Below, piece by piece: positions 1-9,601 of a DNA stretch of 64,000 nt (within the stretch, counting starts at the first letter, position 1; each line of letters opens with the position of its first letter). The translations under genes and the position numbers were made by a program. Source of the DNA: Acidimicrobiales bacterium (GTDB lineage: Bacteria; Actinomycetota; Acidimicrobiia; Acidimicrobiales; VFJN01); the NCBI GenBank assembly GCA_035263165.1, contig DATFRN010000113.1:35235-99234 (forward strand), written 5' to 3'. The notes under the pieces were generated by a model. That model did not search any database, was not told the origin of the DNA, and saw only the letters and a list, made by a program, of their open reading frames with translations.

Positions 1-1104
1 CCGGCCCGCCGGGAGGGCGACCGCGACGTCCGCATCACCCCCCGCCGCCCGCTGGCCCGGGGTGCGCGCTTCACGGTGGTGGTCGCCTACGCAGGCGGCC
101 AGAACCGGGTGGGCGCGGTCAGCCCGGTCGAGCCCGGCTGGTTCGCCGACGACACCGGCGACGTCTACACGGTGTTCGAGCCGATCGGGGCGGCCACGCT
201 GTTCCCGTCCAACGACCACCCGAGCGACAAGGCCAGCTACCGCTTCCGGGTCACCGCCCCCGCCGCGCTGGTGGCGGTCACCAACGGCCGGCTGGTGCGC
301 ACGACGACCGACGACGGCATGCGGACGTGGGAGTACGACGAGCCCGACCCCATGGCCAGCTACCTCGTCCAGGTCGCCATCGGCAACCTCGACGTCGTGC
401 GCGGCAGGGGCCCCGACGGGCTGCCGCTGCGCGACGTGATCGACGAGGACGCCGGCCGCCGCCCCGCGGCCCTGGCGCGGGTGGGCGACATGATCGACTT
501 CTACGACGGCGAGTTCGGCCGGTTCCCGTTCGGGACCTACGGCGGGCTGGTCGTCGACGACAACCTCGGGTTCGCGCTGGAGACCCAGACCCTCACGCTG
601 TTCGGCGAGGACGCCGCCGACCAGCCCACGGTGGTCGCCCACGAGCTGGCCCACCAGTGGTTCGGCGACGACGTGAGCCTGGGCAGCTGGCGGGACATCT
701 GGCTCAACGAGGGCTTCGCCACCTTCGCCAGCTGGCTGTGGGAGTCCCACGACCGGGGGGTCCCGGTGGCGGACAACGCCGCCCTGGCGGCGCGCTCGTC
801 CGGCAACGGCGTGCCGCCCGGCGACCCCGGCCCCGAGCACCTGTTCGCCGGCAGCGTCTACGACCGGGGGGCGCTCACCCTCTACGTCCTCCGCCACGCC
901 ATCGGCGACGATCACTTCACCACGCTGCTGCGCACCTGGGTCCGGCGCTACGGCGGGCGGTCCGCTACCACCGCCGACTTCGAGGCGCTGGCCGAGGAGG
1001 TCTCGGGCCAGGACCTGGGGCCGCTGTTCGACGCCTGGCTGCGGTCGGACGAGATGCCGCGACTCTCCGATTGGGTGGGAGGAGACGACCCCGCCGTGCG
1101 TTAG
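1..1104 (+). CDS. M1-family (gluzincin) aminopeptidase, 5' end cut by window edge
   Basis: Frame open from base 1 to TAG 1102-1104. HELAHQWFG (HExxH) followed by WLNEGFATF, typical of peptidase M1. Confidence 0.85.
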   Translation, partial: PARREGDRDVRITPRRPLARGARFTVVVAYAGGQNRVGAVSPVEPGWFADDTGDVYTVFEPIGAATLFPSNDHPSDKASYRFRVTAPAALVAVTNGRLVRTTTDDGMRTWEYDEPDPMASYLVQVAIGNLDVVRGRGPDGLPLRDVIDEDAGRRPAALARVGDMIDFYDGEFGRFPFGTYGGLVVDDNLGFALETQTLTLFGEDAADQPTVVAHELAHQWFGDDVSLGSWRDIWLNEGFATFASWLWESHDRGVPVADNAALAARSSGNGVPPGDPGPEHLFAGSVYDRGALTLYVLRHAIGDDHFTTLLRTWVRRYGGRSATTADFEALAEEVSGQDLGPLFDAWLRSDEMPRLSDWVGGDDPAVR

Positions 1105-1105
1105 T

Positions 1106-1438
1106 TTGGCGGCCGTGCCGAGCGAGCCCCTGAACCTCGAGGTGGTCGACCGCAGCGCCGGCCGGGCCACCGCCCGGCTGTCGGGCGACCTCGACATCGT
1201 CACCTCCGAGGACGTCAAGCGCGAGCTGGCCGAGCTGCTCGACGGCGACGCCGCCACCCTCACGCTCGACCTGTCCGACGTCGGCTTCGTCGACTCCAGC
1301 GGGTTGGGTGTGCTGGTGGCCCTGCATCGCCACGCCGAGGCCACCGGCGGCCGGTTCGTCGTGCGGTCGGTCCCGCCGGCCGTGCAGCGGCTGTTCGAGA
1401 TCACCCGCCTCGGCGACCTGCTGACCATCGACCGCTGA
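1106..1438 (+). CDS. STAS-domain anti-sigma-factor antagonist (SpoIIAA/RsbV-like)
   Basis: 110 aa with LDLSDVGFVDSSGLGVLV, the conserved STAS segment with the phosphorylatable Ser. Start is TTG 1106 or GTG 1115. Confidence 0.8.
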   Translation: MAAVPSEPLNLEVVDRSAGRATARLSGDLDIVTSEDVKRELAELLDGDAATLTLDLSDVGFVDSSGLGVLVALHRHAEATGGRFVVRSVPPAVQRLFEITRLGDLLTIDR

Positions 1439-1462
1439 GCCGCCGGCGCCGCCCGCGGCCGA

Positions 1463-2218
1463 TCAGCGATCGATGGACGCCCGGAGCTCGACCAGGCAGC
1501 GCCGCATCAGCCGCGACACGTGCATCTGGCTGATGCCGAGCCGCTCGGCGATCTCGCTCTGGGTCAGCTCCTCGTAGAACCGCAGCCGCATGATCTCGGC
1601 CTCCCGGGGTGGCAGCGTGTCGAGCAGCTGGTCGACCAGGACCCGCAGCTCGACCGGGGCGTTGGGCGAGTCGCTGCCCGGGAGCCGGTCGGCCAGCGAG
1701 CCGCTGTCGTCGTCGCCGCCCCGGCGGGCGTCGAGGCTGGCCGCCTGGTAGGCGGCGCCGGCCTCGATGGCGTCGAGCACGTCGTCGGGGGAGATGTCGA
1801 GCTCGGTCGCCAGTTCGGCGACCGTCGGGGGCCGCCCGAGCCGGGACGACAGCGCGGCCCGGGCCCGGCGCAGGTCGAGGTGGCGCTCCTGGGCGCTGCG
1901 GGGCGGTCGCACGGCCCAGGTCCGGTCGCGGAAGTAGCGCTTGATCTCGCCGTTGACCGTCCGGCTGGCGAACGACGAGAACGGGATGCCCCGGCCGGGG
2001 TCGAAGCGCTCGACGGCCTTGAGCATGCCGAGCATGGCGATCTGCACCAGGTCGTCGAGCTCGACTCCCCGGCCGCGGTAGTCGTTGGCGATCGAGGCGG
2101 CCAGGCCCCGGTGGGCCTCGACCAGCTCGTTGCGGACCGAGCGTTCCTCGGAGGCCCGATAGGCGAGGAACAGGTCGTCCAGGGCGTCGGCGGGGGAGGG
2201 GCGCCGGCTCTGCGTCAT
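1463..2218 (-). CDS. Group-3 RNA polymerase sigma factor (SigB/SigF-like)
   Basis: Internal ATG (MTQSRRP...) gives 251 aa with region 2 (DDLVQIAMLGMLKAVERFD), region 3 and region 4 HTH (LTQSEIAERLGISQMHVSRL). The upstream 140-aa Arg-rich extension in the track is rejected. Confidence 0.85.
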   Translation of the reverse strand: MTQSRRPSPADALDDLFLAYRASEERSVRNELVEAHRGLAASIANDYRGRGVELDDLVQIAMLGMLKAVERFDPGRGIPFSSFASRTVNGEIKRYFRDRTWAVRPPRSAQERHLDLRRARAALSSRLGRPPTVAELATELDISPDDVLDAIEAGAAYQAASLDARRGGDDDSGSLADRLPGSDSPNAPVELRVLVDQLLDTLPPREAEIMRLRFYEELTQSEIAERLGISQMHVSRLMRRCLVELRASIDR

Positions 2219-2616
2219 GGGCTCACACGGGCGCGCTTGACGAGGTGGAAGCGCCGACCCTCGGCGTCGGCGTCGAAGCTGTGGTCGTCGACGACCACGC
2301 GGAGGATCTCGAGCGCGAGGTCGTCGACGGCGGCATCGGCGCCGTCGACGTCGGCGCCGTTGGCGGGGCGCTCGCCGTCCACCACCACCTGGCCGGCGGC
2401 GCGGGAGAAACGGACGACGATCGACTGGCCCGGGACCTCGACCCCGTCGACCAGGAGCGCGACCAGCTCGCTGACGGCGATGCGCAGGTCCTCGGTGTCG
2501 TCGATGCTCAGGCCGGCATCGGCCGCCACGCCGGCGGCCAGGATGCGGGCCAGGCGGACCGAGGTCCGCTCGGCCGGGGCGGTGAGCAGAACGGGCGGTC
2601 GCGGGTCCATGGGCAT
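2215..2616 (-). CDS. Putative anti-sigma factor (small RsbW/UsfX-like protein)
   Basis: 133 aa, with a 4-nt ATGA overlap onto the sigma gene downstream. The position and size match actinobacterial anti-SigF proteins. No clear ATP-binding motifs seen. Confidence 0.55.
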   Translation of the reverse strand: MPMDPRPPVLLTAPAERTSVRLARILAAGVAADAGLSIDDTEDLRIAVSELVALLVDGVEVPGQSIVVRFSRAAGQVVVDGERPANGADVDGADAAVDDLALEILRVVVDDHSFDADAEGRRFHLVKRARVSP

Positions 2617-2739
2617 CGGTCTCTCGGGTGACGGACGGCACTGGCTACGCTACGGCGCCGCCGGGGGTACCCGTGGAGCGTGGTGGCGAAGCAGCACACG
2701 GCGTTTGTCGGACGCCCCGGGAGGGTACGGCCACGGGCG

Positions 2740-3180
2740 ATGGACGTGCGAACGAGCACGCGACTGGCACGCGAGCGCACCGCCGTGCCCAATGCCCGGG
2801 CGTTCGTCCGCCACGCCCTGAACACGGCCGGCGCCCCGTCCGACTCGCTCGATCCGTTGGTCCTGGCCGTGGCCGAGGCCTGCAACAACGCCATCCTCCA
2901 CGCCGCCGGCGACGCCTTCGGCGTGACGCTGGTGGTCGAGGGCACGCACGTGACCGTCACGGTGTCCGACACCGGCGCCGGCTTCGTCCCGCCCGCGCGG
3001 CCCCAGATGCCGTCGCCCGAGGCGACGGACCATCGGGGGCTGGCGCTCATGCAGGCGCTGGTCGACCGCGTGCGGGTGTCGAGCGACGCCAAGGGCACCG
3101 TCGTGGTCCTGGAGCAGTCGCTGGGCCCGGCGCAGCCGGCCTCCCTGGCCGCCGAGCGGCGGCCGGCCGCCAGCCGCTAG
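2740..3180 (+). CDS. RsbW-like serine kinase / anti-sigma regulatory factor (HATPase_c_2 type)
   Basis: N-box-like EACNNAILHA and G-box-like VSDTGAGF ... HRGLALM. Divergent from the sigma operon. The start is taken at MDVRTS; the ORF opens at 2680. Confidence 0.7.
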   Translation: MDVRTSTRLARERTAVPNARAFVRHALNTAGAPSDSLDPLVLAVAEACNNAILHAAGDAFGVTLVVEGTHVTVTVSDTGAGFVPPARPQMPSPEATDHRGLALMQALVDRVRVSSDAKGTVVVLEQSLGPAQPASLAAERRPAASR

Positions 3181-3182
3181 CC

Positions 3183-3782
3183 CTACCCGGCCGAGACCGC
3201 CGGCAGGTAGGCGGGGCGGGTGGCCTCGAAGTCGGAGATGGCGGCCTCGGCCCGCAGCGTGATGCCCACGTCGTCGAGGCCCTCGAGGAACCGCTCGCGG
3301 GTGCCGTCGTCGAGCGGGAACTCGCACTCGATCCCGGCCGCCGGGGCGACCAGCGTGCGCCGCTCGACGTCGATCGTGATCTCGAGCGTGGGGTCGGCCT
3401 CGATCGCCCGCAGCAGCGCCTCGCCGACCTCGGCCGGCACCAGCACCGGGACGAGGCCGTTCTTGGTCGAGTTGTTGCGGAAGATGTCGCCGAAGCGGGG
3501 GCTGACCACGGCGGCGAAGCCGTAGTCCATGATCGCCCACACGGCGTGCTCGCGGGACGAGCCGGTGCCGAAGTTGGGCCCCGCCACCAGGATGCTGGCG
3601 CCGGCGTAGGCCTCGTCGTTGAGCACGAAGTTGCGGTCGTCCCGCCAGGTGGCGAACAGCCCCCGGCCGAAGCCGGTGCGCTCGACCCGCTTGAGCCACT
3701 CGGCGGGGATGATCTGATCGGTGTCGACGTCGGACCGGTCGAGCGGGACGGCGGTCCCCTGCACGATGCGGACGGGGTTCAT
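3183..3782 (-). CDS. leuD: 3-isopropylmalate dehydratase small subunit
   Basis: 199 aa. DVDTDQIIPAEWLK ... GPNFGTGSSREHAVWA are canonical LeuD motifs. Lies immediately downstream of leuC. Confidence 0.95.
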   Translation of the reverse strand: MNPVRIVQGTAVPLDRSDVDTDQIIPAEWLKRVERTGFGRGLFATWRDDRNFVLNDEAYAGASILVAGPNFGTGSSREHAVWAIMDYGFAAVVSPRFGDIFRNNSTKNGLVPVLVPAEVGEALLRAIEADPTLEITIDVERRTLVAPAAGIECEFPLDDGTRERFLEGLDDVGITLRAEAAISDFEATRPAYLPAVSAG

Positions 3783-3794
3783 CGGTGGCGCTCC

Positions 3795-5207
3795 TCAGTC
3801 CAGATCGGCCGGCGTGGCGAAGGTGCCGGCGATGGCGGTGGCGGCGGCGACCGCGGGGGAGACGAGGTGGGTGCGCCCGCCCCGGCCCTGGCGGCCCTCG
3901 AAGTTGCGGTTGCTGGTGGACGCGCTGCGCTCGCCCGGGGCCAGCTTGTCGGGGTTCATGGCCAGGCACATGGAGCAGCCCGGCTCGCGCCAGTCGAAGC
4001 CGGCCGCGGTGAGCACGGCGTCGAGGCCCTCGGCCTCGGCCTGGGCCTTGACCGCGTGGCTGCCCGGCACCACCAGCGTGCGGACGCCGGGGGCGACCTT
4101 GCGGCCGTCGGCCACGGCGGCCACGGCCCGGAGGTCCTCGATGCGGCCGTTGGTGCACGAGCCGATGAACACGGTGTCGATCGCCACCTCCCGCATCGGG
4201 GTGCCGGCGGTCAGGCCCATGTAGTCGAGGGCCCGGCGGGCGGCGTCGCGCTCGGACGCCTCGGCGAAGCTGTCGGGGTCGGGCACCGCCGCGGTGATCG
4301 GCACGACCTGGCCGGGGTTGGTGCCCCACGACACGTGGGGGGCGATGGCCGCGGCGTCGAGCGCCACCTCCTTGTCGAAGGCGGCACCGTCGTCGGTGGC
4401 CAGCGCCCGCCAGGCGTCGAGCGCCTGGTCCCAGGCGGCGCCGGCGGGGGCGTGGCGGCGGCCCTCGAGGTAGGCGAACGTCGTGTCGTCGGGGGCGACC
4501 AGGCCGGCCTTGGCCCCGGCCTCGATCGACATGTTGCAGACGGTCATGCGGCCCTCCATCGACAGGGACCGGATGGCCGAGCCCCGGTACTCGATGACCG
4601 AGCCGATGCCGCCGCCGGTGCCGATGCGGCCGATGATGGCGAGGATCACGTCCTTGGCCGTGGCCCCGGCGGGCAGCGTGCCGTCGACGGTGACCGCCAT
4701 CGTGCCCGGGCGCTGCTGGTAGAGCGTCTGGGTGGCGAGGACGTGCTCGACCTCGCTGGTGCCGATGCCGAAGGCGAGGGCGCCGAACGCGCCGTGGGTG
4801 GAGGTGTGGCTGTCGCCGCACACGATGGTCATGCCCGGCTGGGTGAGGCCCTGCTCGGGGCCGATGATGTGGACGATGCCCTGGCCGGGGTCGCCCATGC
4901 CGTAGCAGGCGATGCCGAACTCGTCGCAGTTGGCCCGCAGCACCTGCATCTGGCGGGCGGAGATGGGGTCGGAGATCGGTTGGTCGAGGCCGGCGGTGGG
5001 GACGTTGTGGTCCATGGTGGCCACGGTGAGGTCGGGCCGGCGGACCTTGCGCCCGGCGAGGCGGAGGCCGTCGAACGCCTGGGGCGACGTGACCTCGTGC
5101 ACGAGGTGGAGGTCGATGTAGAGCAGGTCGGACTGGCCGGGGTCGCCCGGGCGGACGACGTGGCTGTCCCAGACCTTCTGGCTCAACGTGCGGGGTGTGG
5201 CGGGCAT
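3795..5207 (-). CDS. leuC: 3-isopropylmalate dehydratase large subunit
   Basis: Aconitase-family motifs ([54 protein letters not shown]). Start set at [14 protein letters not shown]; the ORF extends to 5264. Confidence 0.95.
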   Translation of the reverse strand: MPATPRTLSQKVWDSHVVRPGDPGQSDLLYIDLHLVHEVTSPQAFDGLRLAGRKVRRPDLTVATMDHNVPTAGLDQPISDPISARQMQVLRANCDEFGIACYGMGDPGQGIVHIIGPEQGLTQPGMTIVCGDSHTSTHGAFGALAFGIGTSEVEHVLATQTLYQQRPGTMAVTVDGTLPAGATAKDVILAIIGRIGTGGGIGSVIEYRGSAIRSLSMEGRMTVCNMSIEAGAKAGLVAPDDTTFAYLEGRRHAPAGAAWDQALDAWRALATDDGAAFDKEVALDAAAIAPHVSWGTNPGQVVPITAAVPDPDSFAEASERDAARRALDYMGLTAGTPMREVAIDTVFIGSCTNGRIEDLRAVAAVADGRKVAPGVRTLVVPGSHAVKAQAEAEGLDAVLTAAGFDWREPGCSMCLAMNPDKLAPGERSASTSNRNFEGRQGRGGRTHLVSPAVAAATAIAGTFATPADLD

Positions 5208-5233
5208 GGCGGTCACCTGCGGTGTGGGTTGCG

Positions 5234-5248
5234 TCTCAGTATGTGAGA
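5234..5248. promoter_or_regulatory. AT-rich inverted repeat TCTCA-N5-TGAGA in the 56-nt leuC/IclR divergent spacer (candidate IclR operator)
   Basis: Read directly in the DNA (gtctcagtatgtgagat). It is the only AT-rich symmetric element in a very GC-rich spacer. The operator role is inferred. Confidence 0.3.
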
Positions 5249-5263
5249 TAGGCTTCTCAGTCA

Positions 5264-5917
5264 ATGGACAGCCTAAGCGGTGTGGGGGTGCTCGACAAGG
5301 CGATGGCGGTGCTGACCGCCGTCGAGTCGGCGCCGCGCCCGCTGTCGCTGGCCGAGCTGGTGGCGGCGACCGGGCTCAGCCGGGCGACGGCCCACCGGCT
5401 GGCGTCGGCGCTGGCGACCCACGGGCTGGTGCGCCGGGACGACGAGGGCCGGTGGTCGCTGGGGCTGCGGCTGATCGGCCTGGGCCACGCCGCCGCCGAG
5501 GCGCTGCCGGGCTGGCTCGACGCCCGGCCGGCGCTGGAGTGGCTGCGGTCGCAGACGGGCGAGTCGGTGCAGCTCTACGTGCGGGACGGCGACGAGCGCG
5601 TCTGCGTCGAGTCGCTGGAGGCCCCCCACGAGCTGCGCACGATCGTCCCGGTGGGCGCCCGCCTGCCGCTCGACCGGGGCTCGGGCGGCCGGGTCCTGGT
5701 GGACGGCCGGGCGGTCGCGCCGGGCTGGGTGGCCAGCGTGGCGGAGCGGGCCCCGGGCGTGGCGTCGGTCAGCGCCCCGGTGCGGGACCCGGCGGGCCGG
5801 GTGGTGGCGGCGGTCAGCGTGAGCGGCCCGGTCGAGCGCACGGGCCGCACCCCGGGCGACCGCTACGGCGACGCGGTGGTCGAGGCCGCCGCCCGCATCG
5901 CGGCCAGCCTGGCCTAG
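5264..5917 (+). CDS. IclR-family transcriptional regulator (LtbR/NdgR-like, divergent from leuCD)
   Basis: N-terminal winged HTH ([24 protein letters not shown]) plus a C-terminal IclR effector domain. The divergent leuCD arrangement is typical of actinobacterial LtbR/NdgR. Confidence 0.85.
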   Translation: MDSLSGVGVLDKAMAVLTAVESAPRPLSLAELVAATGLSRATAHRLASALATHGLVRRDDEGRWSLGLRLIGLGHAAAEALPGWLDARPALEWLRSQTGESVQLYVRDGDERVCVESLEAPHELRTIVPVGARLPLDRGSGGRVLVDGRAVAPGWVASVAERAPGVASVSAPVRDPAGRVVAAVSVSGPVERTGRTPGDRYGDAVVEAAARIAASLA

Positions 5918-5918
5918 G

Positions 5919-6320
5919 TGTGCAATTGACGTAGGGCGCTTACGCGGTCGGGGTCGTGGTCTTGTGTCGTAGGCGTTCGTGGGGAGTTTGGCCGCCGAGG
6001 CTGCCGTGGGGGAAGGCGCCTTGGAACTCGGCGCCGTTGAGGATCCGCCACACGCCCGACGGGCTGATGGCAACGGGGCGCTGGAGCCGTCTCGCAGGCC
6101 GGCCTCACCGAGCTCCTCGTAGCGGCGCTTCCACTTGTAGAAGCACTGCCGGCTGATCCCGCAGTACCGGCATGTCGCCGCGACGTTGCCGGTGATCTCC
6201 TCAGCGTGGCGCAGCACCGCCAGGCGGTGCCGCACCTTCCCCTGCTGGTCTCGATCGTCCATCGGGTTCTCCTCCCGCAGGAGACCCCGACCTGTCAACG
6301 AGCTCCGTCAGTTCTGCAGC
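5919..6320 (-). mobile_element. Internally deleted IS481-family element (about 0.4 kb, MITE-like remnant)
   Basis: The minus strand encodes a transposase N-terminal HTH (GNVAATCRYCGISRQCFYKWKRRYEELGEAGLRD). After a frame change it encodes an rve C-terminal tail (SGVWRILNGAEFQGAFPHGSLGGQTPHERLRHK, stop 5940-5942). Imperfect terminal inverted repeats are TGCAATTGACGTAGGGCG (5921-) and CGAGCTCCGTCAGTTCTGCA (-6318). CTAG lies just outside both ends. Confidence 0.7.
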
Positions 6321-6958
6321 TAGTCCGGCGCCCGGTCGATGATCGTGCGGACGAGCTGCTCCTCCTCGTCCGGCGTGAAGCGGTCGTCGCGGGTGACGAA
6401 GCCGACCTGGGCCACGAACCGCCCCACCCGGACGTAGGCCTGGTCCAGGTAGAGGCGGGCGTCGCCCAGGTCGAGGATCACCCGCCACCCGGCGCTCTCG
6501 TCGCCGACGCCGGGGAACCGCATCGGCCGCACCACCGGCGGGATCACCGACCGGGGGCCGTAGACGTCCCGGGCGATGCAGCGAACGGTGGCCCCGTCGA
6601 TGTTGCCGGCCATCATCCGGTGGGCGCCGGCCGCCGAGGGCTCGACCCAGACGACGGCCTGCACGGTCCGCTCGGCGTCGTCGACGAAGGTCGGCGACGC
6701 CACGCCCCAATGACGGCCCACGCCGCGAGCGCAGGCCTGGACCTGGCGGGCGGACTCCGCGGTCGGCTGGACCGCCTCGGGCGGCGAGCCCTCGCGGAAC
6801 CGGGCCGGCAGGTCGTCGAGGCGCAGGAGCATCGCCCGGGCCGATCCACCGGGGAACGTGTCGGCGGTGCTGTCCCGCTGCGCACAGGCGCCGAGCACCG
6901 CTGCCACCACCGCCAGGGTCGCCACGGCCCCGCGGGCGCCCCGCCGTGGGTCCCCCAT
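6320..6958 (-). CDS. Lipoprotein of unknown function
   Basis: Start at MGDPRRG. Signal peptide with lipobox VLGAC. The upstream extension in the track (to 7225) is an Arg-rich shadow. Confidence 0.6.
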   Translation of the reverse strand: MGDPRRGARGAVATLAVVAAVLGACAQRDSTADTFPGGSARAMLLRLDDLPARFREGSPPEAVQPTAESARQVQACARGVGRHWGVASPTFVDDAERTVQAVVWVEPSAAGAHRMMAGNIDGATVRCIARDVYGPRSVIPPVVRPMRFPGVGDESAGWRVILDLGDARLYLDQAYVRVGRFVAQVGFVTRDDRFTPDEEEQLVRTIIDRAPD

Positions 6959-7166
6959 CGGGCCGCAGCCTAGGGCGCCTGGGCCGGGCCGTCGGGGATC
7001 GCCTGCCGGCCGCTGGTCGCCTGCCGTTGCCGGCCGTCGCCGCGTGCGCGCCGGCGCCCGTGAGCCGCCCCGGGCCGCCCGTGCCGCGCGACCCGCCTTC
7101 CCGCCGGAGGCGGTGAGGCCAGGGCGATTCGACCGCGCCCGCCGGCGGCTGTCACGCTGGCGGGCC

Positions 7167-8462
7167 ATGGTCGACGCCCGATCGTGGGGTGAGCGCGACG
7201 CCGCCGTGGTGTGGCACGGGTTCACCCAGATGGCCAGCTACCTCGACAACGAGCCGGTCATCGTGGAGGCGGCCGAGGGCCGCGAGCTGATCGACGTCGA
7301 GGGGCGCCGCTACCTCGACGCCATCTCGTCGCTGTGGGTCACCACGCTGGGCCACCGGGTGCCCGAGCTCGACCAGGCGCTGCGGGACCAGATCGACCGG
7401 GTGGCCCACTCGACCCTGCTCGGCAACGGCAGCCGGGTCGTGGTCGAGCTGGCCGAGGCGCTGGCCGCCGTCGTGCCCGTCGACCGGCCCCACCTGCTGT
7501 TCGCCTCCGACGGCGCCGCCGCCGTCGAGCAGGCGCTCAAGATCGCCTTCCAGCACGGGGCCAACCTGGGCGAGGTCCGCACCGGCTACCTCGCCCTCGG
7601 CCACGCCTACCACGGCGACACCGTGGGCTCGCTGTCGCTGGGCGCCGGCGGGTTCGGCACCGACCTGTTCGACCCGCTGCGCTTCGGCGTGGTGCGGGCG
7701 CCGGGCTACGACGACCCGCGGGCCCTCGACGCCGCCGCCGACCTGGTCGACCGGCACGGGCCCCGGCTGGCCGCGGCCGTGGTCGAGCCGCTGGTCCAGG
7801 GGGCGGCGGGGATGCTGGTCGCCGATCCGGCCGCCTACGGGCCCCTGGTCGAGGCGTGCCGGCGCCACGACGTGCTGCTGATCTGCGACGAGGTGGCCAC
7901 CGGCTTCGGGCGCACCGGCACCCTGTTCGCCAGCGAGCAGTGCGGGCTGCGGCCCGACCTGATGACGATCGGCAAGGGCCTGACCGGCGGCTACCTGCCG
8001 ATGTCGGCCACGGTGGCCAGCGACCGGGTCTACCGCTCGTTCCTCGGGCCCGACCTGTCGGCGGCGACCTTCTACCACGGCCACTCCTACAGCGGGAACG
8101 CCCTGGCCGCGGCCGTCGCCCTCCGCCACCTGCGCCTCTACGACGAGTGGGGCGTGCTCGCGGGGGTCCGTGACCGGGCGGGGACGCTGGCCCGGCTGGC
8201 GGCCGAGCGCCTGGCCCCACTGCCGGCGGTGGCCGACGTGCGGCTGTGCGGCCTCATGGGCGGCGTCGAGCTGGCGCCGCCGGCCGACGGCCTGCGCTGG
8301 GGCCGGCGGGTGTGCGCCGCCGCCGTGCGCCGGGGCGTCCTGCTGCGCCCGCTCGGCGACGTCGTCGTGCTGATGCCGCCGCTGACCGTCACCGACGGCG
8401 AGCTGGAGCGCATCGTCGACGCGCTGGCCGCCGCGATCGCCGAGGTGTGCGGGGCCGGGTGA
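7167..8462 (+). CDS. bioA: Adenosylmethionine-8-amino-7-oxononanoate aminotransferase
   Basis: Class-III aminotransferase with BioA-type N-terminus (VWHGFTQM, SSLWVTTLGH), DEVATGFGRTG and the PLP Lys in TIGKGLTGGY. First gene of bioA-F-D. Confidence 0.9.
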   Translation: MVDARSWGERDAAVVWHGFTQMASYLDNEPVIVEAAEGRELIDVEGRRYLDAISSLWVTTLGHRVPELDQALRDQIDRVAHSTLLGNGSRVVVELAEALAAVVPVDRPHLLFASDGAAAVEQALKIAFQHGANLGEVRTGYLALGHAYHGDTVGSLSLGAGGFGTDLFDPLRFGVVRAPGYDDPRALDAAADLVDRHGPRLAAAVVEPLVQGAAGMLVADPAAYGPLVEACRRHDVLLICDEVATGFGRTGTLFASEQCGLRPDLMTIGKGLTGGYLPMSATVASDRVYRSFLGPDLSAATFYHGHSYSGNALAAAVALRHLRLYDEWGVLAGVRDRAGTLARLAAERLAPLPAVADVRLCGLMGGVELAPPADGLRWGRRVCAAAVRRGVLLRPLGDVVVLMPPLTVTDGELERIVDALAAAIAEVCGAG

Positions 8463-9601
8463 TGGTGGGCTCGGGCTGGGGCGAGCGGATCGACGCCGAG
8501 CTGGCCGGCCTCCGGGCCGCGGGCCGGTGGCGGACCGTGCGCGACCTCGACACCACCGGCGCCGTGACCGGGACGGTCGCCGGGCGGCCGGTGGTGAGCT
8601 TCGCCTCCAACGACTACCTCGGCCTCAGCCACCACCCGGCCGTGATGGCCGCCGCCCACGACGCGCTCGACCGCTGGGGCGCGGGGTCGGGCGCGTCGCG
8701 GCTGGTGGTGGGGTCGCGGCCGGTGCACGGCGAGCTGGAGGCCGAGCTGGCCGCCTGGAAGGGCTGCGCCGCCGCCCTGACCTTCCCCACCGGCTTCGCC
8801 GCCAACCTGGGCGTGCTGGCCGCCCTCGGCGGGCCGGGGGTCACGATCCTCTCCGACGAGCTCAACCACGCCTCGATCGTCGACGGGGCCCGGCTGGCCC
8901 GGGCGACGGTCCGGGTCTACGCCCACGGCGACCTCGACCACCTGGCCAAGCTGCTGGTCGAGGCGGACGGTCCGGCCCTCGTCGTGACGGACAGCGCGTT
9001 CTCCATGGACGGCGACGTGGCCGACGCCGGGGCGCTGGTGTCGCTGTGCGCCTCGTGGGGGGCGCTGCTGGTCCTCGACGAGGCCCACGCCGTGCTGGGC
9101 CCGGCCGTCGACCCGGCCGCCGCGGCCGCCGCCGGGGTGACGCTGGTGCGGGTGGGGACGCTGTCCAAGGCGCTCGGGTCGCTGGGCGGGTTCGTGGCCG
9201 GCCCGGAGCCGGTGGTGGCGCTGCTGCGCAACCGGGCCCGGCCGTTCATCTTCACCACCGCCCCGACCCCGGCCGACGCGGCCGCCGCGCTGGCCGCCCT
9301 GCGGGTGGTGCGCTCGGCCGAGGGCGACACCCTGGTGGCCCGGCTGCGGGCCCACGTCGACCGGCTGGCGCCCGGCCACCCGACCCCGATCGTGCCGGTC
9401 GTGCTGGGCGAGGAGTCGGCCGCAGTGGCCGCGGCCGAGGCGCTCCTGGCCGAGGGCCTGCTGGTGCCGGCCATCCGCCCGCCGACGGTGCCGCCGGGCA
9501 CGTCCCGGCTGCGGGTGGCGCTGTCGGCCGCCCACACGCCCGACCAGGTCGAGGCGCTGGCGGGCGCGCTCGACCGCCTCGGGGGCGACGGTGCGGCCTG
9601 A
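8462..9601 (+). CDS. bioF: 8-amino-7-oxononanoate synthase
   Basis: The ATG overlaps the bioA TGA by 1 nt. NDYLGL, GSGASRLVVG, and the PLP region TLSKALGSLGG. Confidence 0.9.
   Translation: MVGSGWGERIDAELAGLRAAGRWRTVRDLDTTGAVTGTVAGRPVVSFASNDYLGLSHHPAVMAAAHDALDRWGAGSGASRLVVGSRPVHGELEAELAAWKGCAAALTFPTGFAANLGVLAALGGPGVTILSDELNHASIVDGARLARATVRVYAHGDLDHLAKLLVEADGPALVVTDSAFSMDGDVADAGALVSLCASWGALLVLDEAHAVLGPAVDPAAAAAAGVTLVRVGTLSKALGSLGGFVAGPEPVVALLRNRARPFIFTTAPTPADAAAALAALRVVRSAEGDTLVARLRAHVDRLAPGHPTPIVPVVLGEESAAVAAAEALLAEGLLVPAIRPPTVPPGTSRLRVALSAAHTPDQVEALAGALDRLGGDGAA

Noticed and set aside
1463-2641. A 392-aa version of the sigma factor with a 140-aa N-terminal extension.
   Set aside because: The extension is poly-Arg junk and overlaps the anti-sigma gene in another frame. 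The internal ATG gives a normal 251-aa sigma with an ATGA coupling.
2628-5246. An 872-aa + strand ORF. Many similar very long ORFs occur in the track, for example 8138-10147 (-), 17033-20245 (+), 22609-25011 (-), 25044-27977 (+), 34407-36566 (-), 36976-39567 (-), 43614-45191 (+), 48025-50571 (+), 52077-54074 (-) and 62553-63983 (-).
   Set aside because: The translations are Arg/Gly/Pro/Ala-rich low-complexity strings with no recognisable motifs. They lie antisense to, or out of frame with, genes that have clear family signatures. These are the typical stop-poor shadow frames of very GC-rich DNA.
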